Positions 38,564 to 47,646 of a stretch of DNA of 64,000 nucleotides are shown piece after piece; within the stretch, counting starts at the first letter, position 1; every line of letters begins with the position of its first letter. The notes beneath the pieces are model-generated. The model ran no database searches and was not told where the DNA came from. It worked only from the letters and a program-made list of their open reading frames with translations. The DNA comes from a virus (Duplodnaviria > Caudoviricetes). The stretch covers positions 128,001-192,000 of the IMG/VR virus record IMGVR_UViG_3300014000_000001; one strand, 5' to 3'. The position numbers were made by a program, and so were the translations under genes.

Positions 38564-40831
38564 ATGAGTAAACAAACTTTTAAGGTAACAAGTCAAACTC
38601 CTAAAGCCACTCGCGCTTTAGCTGATTTCACCGATAACCTCAAATCTGGCGCGTTGAATACTGCTGGAATTAAAATGGAAAGCATCAACACAACAGCTGA
38701 TACAGTTGGTGGTGGTGTATTAGCTGCGATCAAAGCGACTTTGAAAGAAGGTGGTTTCCATCGCTTCGCTCAAGCTCGTACAAAAGTGATTCGTCCTGGC
38801 GATCATCTACGCACTTCAGTTAAACTTGAAGATGCTAATGAGCAGGCTGAAGGTGAAACAGTAAACGAAGAAACACAAAATCTTGAATTTACAACTCCTG
38901 CTCAAGAACGTGCTGGTGTTATTGCTGCAGCTATGGCTGATCAACCTGCTGAATGGGCACAAGCAGCCCTCGAAGCCACCAACGATGCACAAAACCATAC
39001 CAACAATACAGAAGATGGTGTTGAGTTTGCTGAGCGTGTTAAACTTGAAGCATATGATGATGCAAACTTCCGTGATGCGGTAGGTTATTCTGTTGTGTGG
39101 AACGTTGTATCTGCGCGTCAATCAAACGCTGTTGAAAACGTCTGGCCGTGTTTGGTTCTTGAACCTAACCAATCTCACGTTGAAGCTGTGGTGCAATTCC
39201 AAACATTCCAACAAGAATTCCGTCACAAACCTACAGGTGATGTGATTGATCCAGGTCGTGTTCTGTTAATGGAAGCAATCATCGATGGTTCTATCCTTGA
39301 TGAAAACATTATCAAAATCGTTCCAGTTTACGAAGATGGTGTTTCTGATAAACACTTCATTGACCCAGCAATCATTGCCCACAAGCAAGTTATTGTTGAA
39401 GGTGAAGAAGTTACTACTGGTCCATTGACTATTGGTGAAGAACACAACTTAATCGGTTTAGGTGCCGCTGCAATCGCAGGTCTTACTCAAGATCCAAACA
39501 CCGCAACTCAGTTGGCTCCAATGCCTCGCTTGGAAAACATCTATCTTCAAATCACCAACAAAACTGATCAGAAGTCAGTAATTAAAATTGATGCGACTAC
39601 ACTTGCTCGCTCAAGCTTTACTGCAGCACCTGAAGGTAACACTCGTGAAATCCAGTTGAACTTCCAAGCAACTCAATTAGGTTTGGATGGTAATACTGTT
39701 GATGTAACTGGCGCCCCTGCTCAAGCGTTGGCATTCTTACGTCAAGCACAATATACCAAGCATCGTCTTGAGTTCTCATTGAAAGTTTATGGTTCTGGTA
39801 ACCTTGAATATGGTCAAATGGAAATCAACGCTGCTAAAGGTAAACTTGGCATTGTTAAAGTACAGCAAGGTCTTGGTCACTTCACTAAAGAAAAAGATAA
39901 CGACGTCGTTACTGCTCTTCACAGTGAAATTAAATCAATTGAATTGATCGCATTTGATCCAGATGCAAGCCGTACAAACATCGACCGTCGTCAACGTGGT
40001 CCATTGACTAACGTAACTGCACAACGTGAAAAATACTACGTGCGTTTGGGTAGCCCGATCTCTACAATCTTCCCAGCAACTGAAGCAACTTCAAACATCG
40101 ATTTGATTGCTCCAATGACCGCAACTCGTATCAAAAACGACTACTACGGTATTAAAGCATTGTTCCGTAACGCGGAAACATTGTCTGGTATCGCTGTGTC
40201 TTACGAAAACGATCTTGCACGTGCTGAAACCAAAGCTATTGGCCGTTACATCATGATGCCTTACTATCGTCATGTTCGTATCTCAATGCTTGACATTGTG
40301 GATTCTAACCGTTCTAAGAACAAGTTAGAAGATGCTCAACATGCGTTCTTGAACTACGTTCGTGATATCATCATCCATGCGATGCGTGATTCTAAATACG
40401 AATTGGCTCTTCAAGTTCAAACTGGTAATGCAGAAGCGAAACCAACTCTTGCCATGATCACTAACCAGGTGCTTGGTAAATACCTATTCCAATTAGGCGA
40501 TACTCGTATCCTAGGTAGCTTGCCATACCCAGTTGTTGCGGATACTCACGCTTCTAACTTGCTTGGTAACTACGGTTCTGATGAACACGAAATGTTCATT
40601 GTTCCGACGCTTCCAGGTACACAAATGAACGCGTTGAACTTCGGTCACTTCTTATGGAAACCAGAACTTGCTTCTACTCTACAAGTAACTCGTGATGGTT
40701 CTACAAGCCGTGAATTGGTCGTACAACCTTGCTGCGAATGGCACATGACTTGCCCATTTATGATTCGTATTACAGTAACTGATATGACTCATGTAATGAC
40801 TTCTAAAACTCCTCTTGCTATTCTTGTTTAA
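38564..40831 (+). CDS. major capsid protein precursor (phiKZ gp120-like)
   Basis: 755 aa; strongly biased codon usage; ~162-aa propeptide ending VKLE-AYDD; RTNIDRRQRG and LNFGHFLWKPE motifs. Confidence 0.9.
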   Translation: MSKQTFKVTSQTPKATRALADFTDNLKSGALNTAGIKMESINTTADTVGGGVLAAIKATLKEGGFHRFAQARTKVIRPGDHLRTSVKLEDANEQAEGETVNEETQNLEFTTPAQERAGVIAAAMADQPAEWAQAALEATNDAQNHTNNTEDGVEFAERVKLEAYDDANFRDAVGYSVVWNVVSARQSNAVENVWPCLVLEPNQSHVEAVVQFQTFQQEFRHKPTGDVIDPGRVLLMEAIIDGSILDENIIKIVPVYEDGVSDKHFIDPAIIAHKQVIVEGEEVTTGPLTIGEEHNLIGLGAAAIAGLTQDPNTATQLAPMPRLENIYLQITNKTDQKSVIKIDATTLARSSFTAAPEGNTREIQLNFQATQLGLDGNTVDVTGAPAQALAFLRQAQYTKHRLEFSLKVYGSGNLEYGQMEINAAKGKLGIVKVQQGLGHFTKEKDNDVVTALHSEIKSIELIAFDPDASRTNIDRRQRGPLTNVTAQREKYYVRLGSPISTIFPATEATSNIDLIAPMTATRIKNDYYGIKALFRNAETLSGIAVSYENDLARAETKAIGRYIMMPYYRHVRISMLDIVDSNRSKNKLEDAQHAFLNYVRDIIIHAMRDSKYELALQVQTGNAEAKPTLAMITNQVLGKYLFQLGDTRILGSLPYPVVADTHASNLLGNYGSDEHEMFIVPTLPGTQMNALNFGHFLWKPELASTLQVTRDGSTSRELVVQPCCEWHMTCPFMIRITVTDMTHVMTSKTPLAILV

Positions 40832-40853
40832 TAGTTAGCTGGTCTTTAGAATT

Positions 40854-40884
40854 AAGAAGCCTCTCCCAATGGGAGAGGCTTCTT
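40854..40884 (+). terminator. terminator after the major capsid gene
   Basis: AAGAAGCCTCTCCCA-A-TGGGAGAGGCTTCTT followed by CTTTATGC. Confidence 0.8.
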
Positions 40885-40891
40885 CTTTATG

Positions 40892-40933
40892 CATTAATCT
40901 CAATTTATTTCAGATATATATTATCTAAGTGAA
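40892..40933 (+). promoter_or_regulatory. putative early promoter, copy 4
   Basis: CATTAATCTCAATTTATTTCAGATATATATTATCTAAGTGAA. Confidence 0.75.
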
Positions 40934-40984
40934 CTAGATCATTAATCCTAATGATCATCAATCTTTATTACAGAGGTAAATAAA

Positions 40985-41338
40985 ATGACTACTTATGTTT
41001 CTAAAATCCAAACCCAATTTAATCTTGCAAATATCAAAGAATGTTTAGAAGATCATAATGGAAAAGGTAGAGCAATATTGCTAGATCTTATTGGTACACT
41101 CGCAGGCATTGGGTTGGCGACCAAAGAAATATCCCACAATGAGTGGGCGATAACCTATATCACCGACATAGACACTCGCTATGTCAAAATAGATTTCGAG
41201 CATGATTGCATCACCTCTTTAAATATTGATAATGATACATTCCTTTCACAATCTACTGATGTGATTTGTTCCGCTGAAAATCTATATAAACTCTGTATAG
41301 GTTTGGAGTACGGGTACACTAAAGCAAATTCTAAATAA
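40985..41338 (+). CDS. putative early hypothetical protein
   Basis: 117 aa, SD AGAGGT. Confidence 0.7.
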   Translation: MTTYVSKIQTQFNLANIKECLEDHNGKGRAILLDLIGTLAGIGLATKEISHNEWAITYITDIDTRYVKIDFEHDCITSLNIDNDTFLSQSTDVICSAENLYKLCIGLEYGYTKANSK

Positions 41339-41341
41339 GAT

Positions 41342-41368
41342 AAAGCCCTTCGGGGCTTTTCTTTTTTT
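41342..41368 (+). terminator. rho-independent terminator
   Basis: AAAGCCC-TTCG-GGGCTTT followed by a T tract. Confidence 0.8.
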
Positions 41369-41474
41369 ATTCTTTTACAGATTTAACTATTATTTGAATA
41401 CCCCTTTCAAGGATATTAAAACAGAGAAAAGATCTATGCCATTAAAGGGGTTTCAATAATGATACTTAACCATA

Positions 41475-41500
41475 TTTTAGATATACATTATCTAATTGAA
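41475..41500 (+). promoter_or_regulatory. putative early promoter, copy 5 (variant)
   Basis: TTTTAGATATACATTATCTAATTGAA. Confidence 0.65.
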
Positions 41501-41523
41501 GATGCTCAAAACAGAGGTTTATA

Positions 41524-42309
41524 GTGATGAACTTAGATGATAAATTATGGAATTCAGAATACGCAGATCATCTGGTATTAGGATCAAACATTCGTACCCA
41601 TAATGAGGAAATCGTTGATATTAAAGTCAATGCATATTTGAATGAAGGATTCGCTCATCTAAATTACAGTAGTACCAAAAAGGGACAACCTGAATATAGC
41701 TTTAGTGGTTTACAAAGCCGTGTAGTTATCTTAGATAAGTTAAGAGCTTTTCGCGATAATGATCACACCAAAACGGAAATGCGTAGCGTTCGCGTCGATA
41801 CTGCAAAGTTATCTGATTTGGATAAAGAAACACTAGAGAATATTTTTCGTCATCCAGTGTTCTTAGAAGGTTATACGGTGACGCTATCTGCAAGTAAAGC
41901 AGTTCAGGTTGAAAAGCCCGTAACTCGTGAAGACTTTAATGATTTATTTTATTCATCTAATTGCCCGAAATTAGATGAGAAAGGTGATGTCTACCTAATT
42001 CTACGTGCAGTTAAGGGTGACGAAATTAAATTCCAATCCTTCAATCTAACTGAATTGTACATTAACCGTTATGTTGAGTTAAATGACATCATTGACCTTT
42101 TAGAGTTTCAGGTGAGTTTGGATGCGCGTAGCTCAACACGTATTGCTCCAGAAGCCTTGCACCGACATGATCCAAATTACAAAGAGCAACTTAAACGCGC
42201 TCAGAGTAATTTAGTTGAGTTAGAAACAAATAACTTAAGAAGTTGGGTATCTGATGTAATTGATGAACAAAAGGCTGGAATTCGTGTAATTCCAAATAGA
42301 AGGAAGTAG
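41524..42309 (+). CDS. hypothetical protein
   Basis: 261 aa, SD AGAGGT; GTG 41524 or ATG 41527. Confidence 0.7.
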   Translation: MMNLDDKLWNSEYADHLVLGSNIRTHNEEIVDIKVNAYLNEGFAHLNYSSTKKGQPEYSFSGLQSRVVILDKLRAFRDNDHTKTEMRSVRVDTAKLSDLDKETLENIFRHPVFLEGYTVTLSASKAVQVEKPVTREDFNDLFYSSNCPKLDEKGDVYLILRAVKGDEIKFQSFNLTELYINRYVELNDIIDLLEFQVSLDARSSTRIAPEALHRHDPNYKEQLKRAQSNLVELETNNLRSWVSDVIDEQKAGIRVIPNRRK

Positions 42310-42315
42310 AGGAGG

Positions 42316-42537
42316 ATGATTATCGCTTATGGGTTTGCGATTATATCCACAATTTGTTTCTGGTTAAGTATAGTGATGTTAGTGTTACTGGCTAGAGATA
42401 AAGACTGGTTGACTCAGTTTGTTGCAGTATCGTTGTTAATCATTTTATTACCCTTAGTAGTCTTTATAACTTATATTTTAATAACAGGGCAGTATTTTGA
42501 CGTATTACAAGGTCAACTTACTAGTCTTCGATCTTAG
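42316..42537 (+). CDS. small two-TM membrane protein
   Basis: 73 aa, two hydrophobic helices, SD GAGGAGG/AGGA. Confidence 0.65.
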   Translation: MIIAYGFAIISTICFWLSIVMLVLLARDKDWLTQFVAVSLLIILLPLVVFITYILITGQYFDVLQGQLTSLRS

Positions 42538-42548
42538 GAGAATTTATC

Positions 42549-42890
42549 ATGCTTCGTCAACGTATTGTTGATGCGGTGAACATGTATGAGCCAGAAGAGA
42601 ATGATATCAGTGAAATGATTCATCATCTTTCAGTGAATTACGTGAAGACCGTAATCGACCAAATTATTGATCAGCAAGACCCCCCATTGGTAGTTGCTAA
42701 TAATGCAATCTATATCAAGATGTTAGATTCTTATTCTCGTCAGTGGATAAGAGTTGCATATAAGGAAGGGAACCAAGTTAAATGGCATGGAGATATGTTT
42801 CATGATCTTCTCATTGATACAGGGTTAAGTGCGAGAGAGTTTGATCAAGCTCTTGATGACATTATTATTAAGTGGCGTCCGTTATTGTGA
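42549..42890 (+). CDS. hypothetical protein
   Basis: 113 aa, SD AGGAG. Confidence 0.7.
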   Translation: MLRQRIVDAVNMYEPEENDISEMIHHLSVNYVKTVIDQIIDQQDPPLVVANNAIYIKMLDSYSRQWIRVAYKEGNQVKWHGDMFHDLLIDTGLSAREFDQALDDIIIKWRPLL

Positions 42891-42896
42891 TAATAA

Positions 42897-42920
42897 ATGA
42901 GGTGGGATTACCCACCTCAT
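42897..42920 (+). terminator. terminator
   Basis: ATGAGGTGGG-ATTA-CCCACCTCAT followed by CCTTATGC. Confidence 0.75.
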
Positions 42921-42964
42921 CCTTATGCTGGTGTTTGAATAAGCTGCTATTAGATTGAAGTTTA

Positions 42965-42988
42965 TTTGAATATACATTATCTAAATGA
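42965..42988 (+). promoter_or_regulatory. putative early promoter, copy 6 (variant), driving the nvRNAP operon
   Basis: TTTGAATATACATTATCTAAATGA. Confidence 0.6.
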
Positions 42989-43012
42989 CGGATAACGAAA
43001 AGGTGTCGTCTA

Positions 43013-44230
43013 ATGCATCGTGGAAGAAAGCAGTTAGGGTTTAAACTTCCGAAGGAATTAGGTAGTGGTACAATCAATCCTATTCCAGTAAAGGAACATC
43101 CTAACACACTGAATAAAATAACACTCTCTTCAGCGTCAACGATAGAGTGCTATAATTATACAGGTCACGTGATTAGAACGTATGATCACATGGGAGTATG
43201 TTTAACTCACGCCCCCATAACAACATCACCTGAAATACCAGAGTTCGTTGGATGTTTTGTTATTAAGAAGCAACTTGAAATTAATGATAAAACTCAAGCA
43301 TATCAGACTTCGTGGTATCAGGAGGATTCCAAATACTTTCAAACTGGGAATCCCACGGATGAATATTCAAAAACGGTAACAGAAATTATTAATCGTTATC
43401 GTGGTTTATCACGACGAATCGCAGGACATTACTTTAAACTTTCTTATACTGAACTCAATGAAAATGAAGGCAGTATATATGTTAGAGCTGTAGATTTAGT
43501 TGTGGTAGATGATACGAATAAGAATTCGATCATTCACCCAAACTCTAAGCAGTATATGGACATTATGATTGATCGACTCTATGATGCTAATCACACCTAC
43601 ACTATTGAAATCAATGACCCCAATGGATCAGGAGAACCTTATTATGTTAACTTAAATGGAAAGGTATTTGCAATTCAACCCACAATGAATGATTATGTGG
43701 GCGATGGTGCACGTATTGTTTATAAACCACCAAATGAACCTTCACAAACAATTGCTGTTTCATCGATGGATGAAAATGAGTTAAAAAATATTGGTATATT
43801 TAAGAATTACAGCGATGCCGATAACTATGGGAAGCAATACGATCTTAAGCTTGCAGAACTTGAAAGAGAAACTCAATTGGGTAAAGCAGAGCTTGCGAAG
43901 AACACAGTGGATAATAAAACACAGCTTGATAATTTAGAAACCACTCATAAGCTGACTAAGATCCTAGCAGATATGCAAGCGTTAAATCAGCAGGCAGAAA
44001 ATGATAGAATCAAATCAGAGAATGAGAAAGCTAAACATGCGCGTGAATTAGAGAAGCTGGAAAGAGATCTTATTATTCAACAGGAAAACCATCGTCGAGA
44101 AATCGAGAATATGCGAATGAAAGACTATTATGACCATCGATCTCATGAGAGAAAAGATAGTTCGGAAATGGTTAAATTTCTTCCAGTGTTAGTAGGTGCG
44201 GGAATTGCTGCATTTGCTTTATTGAAATAG
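43013..44230 (+). CDS. coiled-coil protein with C-terminal membrane anchor (phiKZ gp122 position)
   Basis: 405 aa; long heptad region; C-terminus FLPVLVGAGIAAFALLK. Confidence 0.7.
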   Translation: MHRGRKQLGFKLPKELGSGTINPIPVKEHPNTLNKITLSSASTIECYNYTGHVIRTYDHMGVCLTHAPITTSPEIPEFVGCFVIKKQLEINDKTQAYQTSWYQEDSKYFQTGNPTDEYSKTVTEIINRYRGLSRRIAGHYFKLSYTELNENEGSIYVRAVDLVVVDDTNKNSIIHPNSKQYMDIMIDRLYDANHTYTIEINDPNGSGEPYYVNLNGKVFAIQPTMNDYVGDGARIVYKPPNEPSQTIAVSSMDENELKNIGIFKNYSDADNYGKQYDLKLAELERETQLGKAELAKNTVDNKTQLDNLETTHKLTKILADMQALNQQAENDRIKSENEKAKHARELEKLERDLIIQQENHRREIENMRMKDYYDHRSHERKDSSEMVKFLPVLVGAGIAAFALLK

Positions 44231-44241
44231 AGGTTTAAAAC

Positions 44242-45876
44242 ATGCGTAACATCGTAAACAAAATCCATGAAACAACTATCCGTTTTAATCCGAGATTTGC
44301 AGGTGGTTATGCAAAGCTTGAAATTGAAAAGGGTGTGAAGTATGTTGATAGCATTTTACAATGCGCTAACCAGTCTTTCCCTGAAGGGTTAGTCTACGAA
44401 AGTCCGAAAATCTGTACTGCGGAACAAACATTCAATGTCTTCATGGATCGTGCCAAGAAGAACGACCGTAAATTCGTTTACGATCATGCGCGAACAAATG
44501 TATTCTTGGTACAATTGAATTTCTCATATAAGGGTACCCCACTCCAGCTGTATCAGTATCTGCCTTTCACTAACGATGCAGCTATGATGATCATTCGTGA
44601 TAAAGCATTCTACATCAAACCAGTTGTGGCTGATCCACTGATTTCAGTTTCTGGGGATGGATTATTCTTACCGCTTAACCAAACCAAGATGACAACGCGA
44701 CCACGTTCCCATTATGTATATAAGGATGATATCTTAACGCAAATCAAAATTCTTGATACGACTATTCATCATTCTTTACGTGATGTGCAGCGTAAGGATA
44801 ATAAAGAAGCCAAGATGCGTATCACCACTAATGCGCATTATCTTTTCTGTAAAGAAGGGTATAAGGAGACATTCTTAAAGTATTTCAATGCCACAGTACA
44901 AGCTGGGTATAAGGATACTATTAATTACAAGAACTATCCTAAGGAAGATTGGATCATCTATTCATCTATGGAGGATCGAAGATTCCTACAATTAACAGGT
45001 GAGCCTGAATGGAAACCACATAACGTTCTATTGGCGGTTAAGCGTAAAGATGTGGATAAATCAGTTGAGTCTATTGTTGGTGCATTCTTTTATATTCTAG
45101 ATTTGCTCCCAGATATTGAAGACATCAATTACCTTGATGATACTGCGTGGTGGACAGTATTGATGGGTAAAATCATTTTAGGTATTGAGGAAGATCACCG
45201 TACCTTAATGAAAAAGATGGGTATGCACTTTAGAGCAATCGATACCTATATTGATCCAATGGCGATTAACCTAATGCGTGACAATGATATTTATATCACT
45301 GACATGTATGATTATCTTGTGTGGTTGGTTGATAACTTTGATGAATACATGAACCGTCCAGAAACAGCACCGTCGTCAATGTATGGAAAATACTTGATGG
45401 TAAACCGTTATATCTTCCAAGGTATTCGTGAAGCGATCTTCCGTGCGGTTTACGAGCTTCGTCAGAAAAAGCCTGAGAAACTTACAGCTAAAATTATTTA
45501 CACAGTATTAAGTGGTAAGCTCAAACCTGATCTTATCACTAAGATCAATAACAACTTCCCAAATGTTTCAGCAGTAATTTCATCATCTGATTCTAAACTG
45601 CTTAAAATGGGAATCGAGATTGTCCCGCAGGATAACATGCGGCAAGCCAAACAGGAGAAACAACCTAAAATGCTGCAAAATCCAAAATGGCAATTTGATC
45701 CATCTTTTATCGATGTTGGTGGTTTCTCGTCAATGAGTAAGAACGAACCTATCGGTAAAGATATTGGTAACCCAGCAATGAATGTGGGGATTAATGGTCA
45801 ACTCCACCAGCAAGAAGAACTTAAAGAAGTTCTTGCTGAAGTTGAACGTAATACTCGACGAATTGAAAATCACTAA
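44242..45876 (+). CDS. non-virion RNA polymerase beta N-terminal subunit (phiKZ gp123-like)
   Basis: YLPFTNDAAMMIIRDKAFYIKPVVADP corresponds to the beta 'IPLMT..GTFVING' region; SMYGKYL motif; synteny. Confidence 0.8.
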   Translation: MRNIVNKIHETTIRFNPRFAGGYAKLEIEKGVKYVDSILQCANQSFPEGLVYESPKICTAEQTFNVFMDRAKKNDRKFVYDHARTNVFLVQLNFSYKGTPLQLYQYLPFTNDAAMMIIRDKAFYIKPVVADPLISVSGDGLFLPLNQTKMTTRPRSHYVYKDDILTQIKILDTTIHHSLRDVQRKDNKEAKMRITTNAHYLFCKEGYKETFLKYFNATVQAGYKDTINYKNYPKEDWIIYSSMEDRRFLQLTGEPEWKPHNVLLAVKRKDVDKSVESIVGAFFYILDLLPDIEDINYLDDTAWWTVLMGKIILGIEEDHRTLMKKMGMHFRAIDTYIDPMAINLMRDNDIYITDMYDYLVWLVDNFDEYMNRPETAPSSMYGKYLMVNRYIFQGIREAIFRAVYELRQKKPEKLTAKIIYTVLSGKLKPDLITKINNNFPNVSAVISSSDSKLLKMGIEIVPQDNMRQAKQEKQPKMLQNPKWQFDPSFIDVGGFSSMSKNEPIGKDIGNPAMNVGINGQLHQQEELKEVLAEVERNTRRIENH

Positions 45877-45897
45877 TTAACACAGAGGTAAATAATC

Positions 45898-47598
45898 ATG
45901 GCAATGTTTTATCCAGAAGACTTCCCACCAGCTTTCGATAGAGATTATCACAATGATGTGATGTGGATCATCGATGAGCTTGATAAAGCGATTAACGAAT
46001 TGAGTCACCGCTTTGGCGATCCTTTCAGAATTATTGCCGATAATATAGACCAGCATGTGAGAACTATCACAGACACAGCTGCAGGTATCTTTGATCGAGA
46101 GGTACGAGCTCGTCGTAACCCAAATGATTTTATTGGCCCTATGGTGGATGCTATCTTTGTTGAAATTGCATCAGAGTATTGCAAACGTGATTCACGTTTA
46201 GGTAGTCAAGCGGTCTATGATTTTCTAGATGACCAGTATCGTCGTAATTCATTTCTTGCGAACTCGTCCAATAATCCTAACCGTCGCGATGATTATCGTC
46301 GCAATGAAAATGGTCGTCGTGATGATCGTCGTGATAGTAACCGTTATGGTGGTAATGCTCGTCCAACAAAGCAACGTCAACGGGAATATCGTCAGCGTGA
46401 TGAACGTGATAACTCTCGTTATGGTAATCAACAATCTAGCGGTAATTTCCAAGGACGTCGCTTATCTGATCGTAAGGAGGCACCACCAGTGAATCGTGAT
46501 GAAACACAACAACAGGAACGTAAACCTACTTTACGTGATGGAGATGTAATCACCTCAAGCAATATCTTAGATACAGGTATCACTATCGCACCAGTGTATA
46601 TTATTGGAGAGGAACAAACTGTTCTTCGTAATAACTTATTGGTTAACGAAGCATACACTGGGAGAGAAGCTGTGGATTATGATAAACATCGGGTGGACTT
46701 ATTGTTCCCGAATATCTTTGGTATGTCCAATGATAAAACAGGTAGTCCAAACACCAGCATTGCAATTAGCGCTGCTGACAAAGCGATGGATAATAAAATT
46801 CGATCGTTTGTAGCTGGTGAAGTCGAGGGGTCTTATCAATCTACACCAATATTTAAAGAGACTGGTTCGTTTAAATACGATGTGTTGGTGGAGCAAAGTC
46901 TTCCCAAGCTAGATGTTGTTGAGGTGCGTGATCAACTTATCGAACAACACGCTGGTAATTATGAGTGGTTTGTGAAAAACTCTATGATTGTGAATTTAAA
47001 CCAGTATGTTGATTTAGGTAAAGACAACGATACAGCAATCGCAACGAGTGCTTTGATTACAGCAACCAACTATGAAGATATGGTTAAGCGCATGATCTCA
47101 TTGAGTAATGTATTGGATTCAGCTCGTTGGCGTTGGTTCCATGATTACATCACCCATAAAGTAAATACTATTTTAGTGTTACATGCGGGTATCAATGTTC
47201 ATATCTCTTCAATCATTGCAGATTGGGCAACGCTCAATGAATACGTACACACCAAAGTGGATAAAGCTAAACTGACGTTGTTTGTTATGTGGTTCTCTGC
47301 GATCTTTAAAGATTTAAAAATCGAAAAGAAAGAAGAGAATAACTATCTGACAGTTAAACATACTTTAGTGTATTTGCCTTTAACGAGTTATGAATGTGAA
47401 TTAGCCTCAGCTTCTTTTAAATCAACTGGTGTGGCCTCCATCTCTGCTGACTCAGCTTTGTACCGTTTAGTCTCTCGTGTCTTTAACGATGATATTTACG
47501 GTACGCTTAGTTTTGTAATGTTGGATGGTGTACGTTTTGAAGTGAATCCTAACGACACAACAGCGTCTCCAGAGTACAACATTGTATTGACACCATAA
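45898..47598 (+). CDS. conserved hypothetical protein with an R/D/N/Q-rich low-complexity region
   Basis: 566 aa, SD AGAGGT. Confidence 0.7.
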   Translation: MAMFYPEDFPPAFDRDYHNDVMWIIDELDKAINELSHRFGDPFRIIADNIDQHVRTITDTAAGIFDREVRARRNPNDFIGPMVDAIFVEIASEYCKRDSRLGSQAVYDFLDDQYRRNSFLANSSNNPNRRDDYRRNENGRRDDRRDSNRYGGNARPTKQRQREYRQRDERDNSRYGNQQSSGNFQGRRLSDRKEAPPVNRDETQQQERKPTLRDGDVITSSNILDTGITIAPVYIIGEEQTVLRNNLLVNEAYTGREAVDYDKHRVDLLFPNIFGMSNDKTGSPNTSIAISAADKAMDNKIRSFVAGEVEGSYQSTPIFKETGSFKYDVLVEQSLPKLDVVEVRDQLIEQHAGNYEWFVKNSMIVNLNQYVDLGKDNDTAIATSALITATNYEDMVKRMISLSNVLDSARWRWFHDYITHKVNTILVLHAGINVHISSIIADWATLNEYVHTKVDKAKLTLFVMWFSAIFKDLKIEKKEENNYLTVKHTLVYLPLTSYECELASASFKSTGVASISADSALYRLVSRVFNDDIYGTLSFVMLDGVRFEVNPNDTTASPEYNIVLTP

Positions 47599-47601
47599 AT
47601 A

Positions 47602-47631
47602 AAGATCTCCCTGCCTCGGCAGGGAGATCTT
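47602..47631. terminator. bidirectional terminator
   Basis: AAGATCTCCCTGCC-TC-GGCAGGGAGATCTT between convergent genes. Confidence 0.8.
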
Positions 47632-47646
47632 ATTATTCTTTTTTTG

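Noticed and set aside
42316-42537. Two-TM protein as a holin
   Set aside because: No adjacent endolysin or spanin, and it sits in an early-type operon; kept as a generic membrane protein.
14618-42988. Dispersed ~45-bp repeats as CRISPR repeats, IS ends or att sites
   Set aside because: They are kilobases apart with no spacer periodicity, no cas/transposase/integrase genes are present, and all are oriented upstream of genes like promoters.
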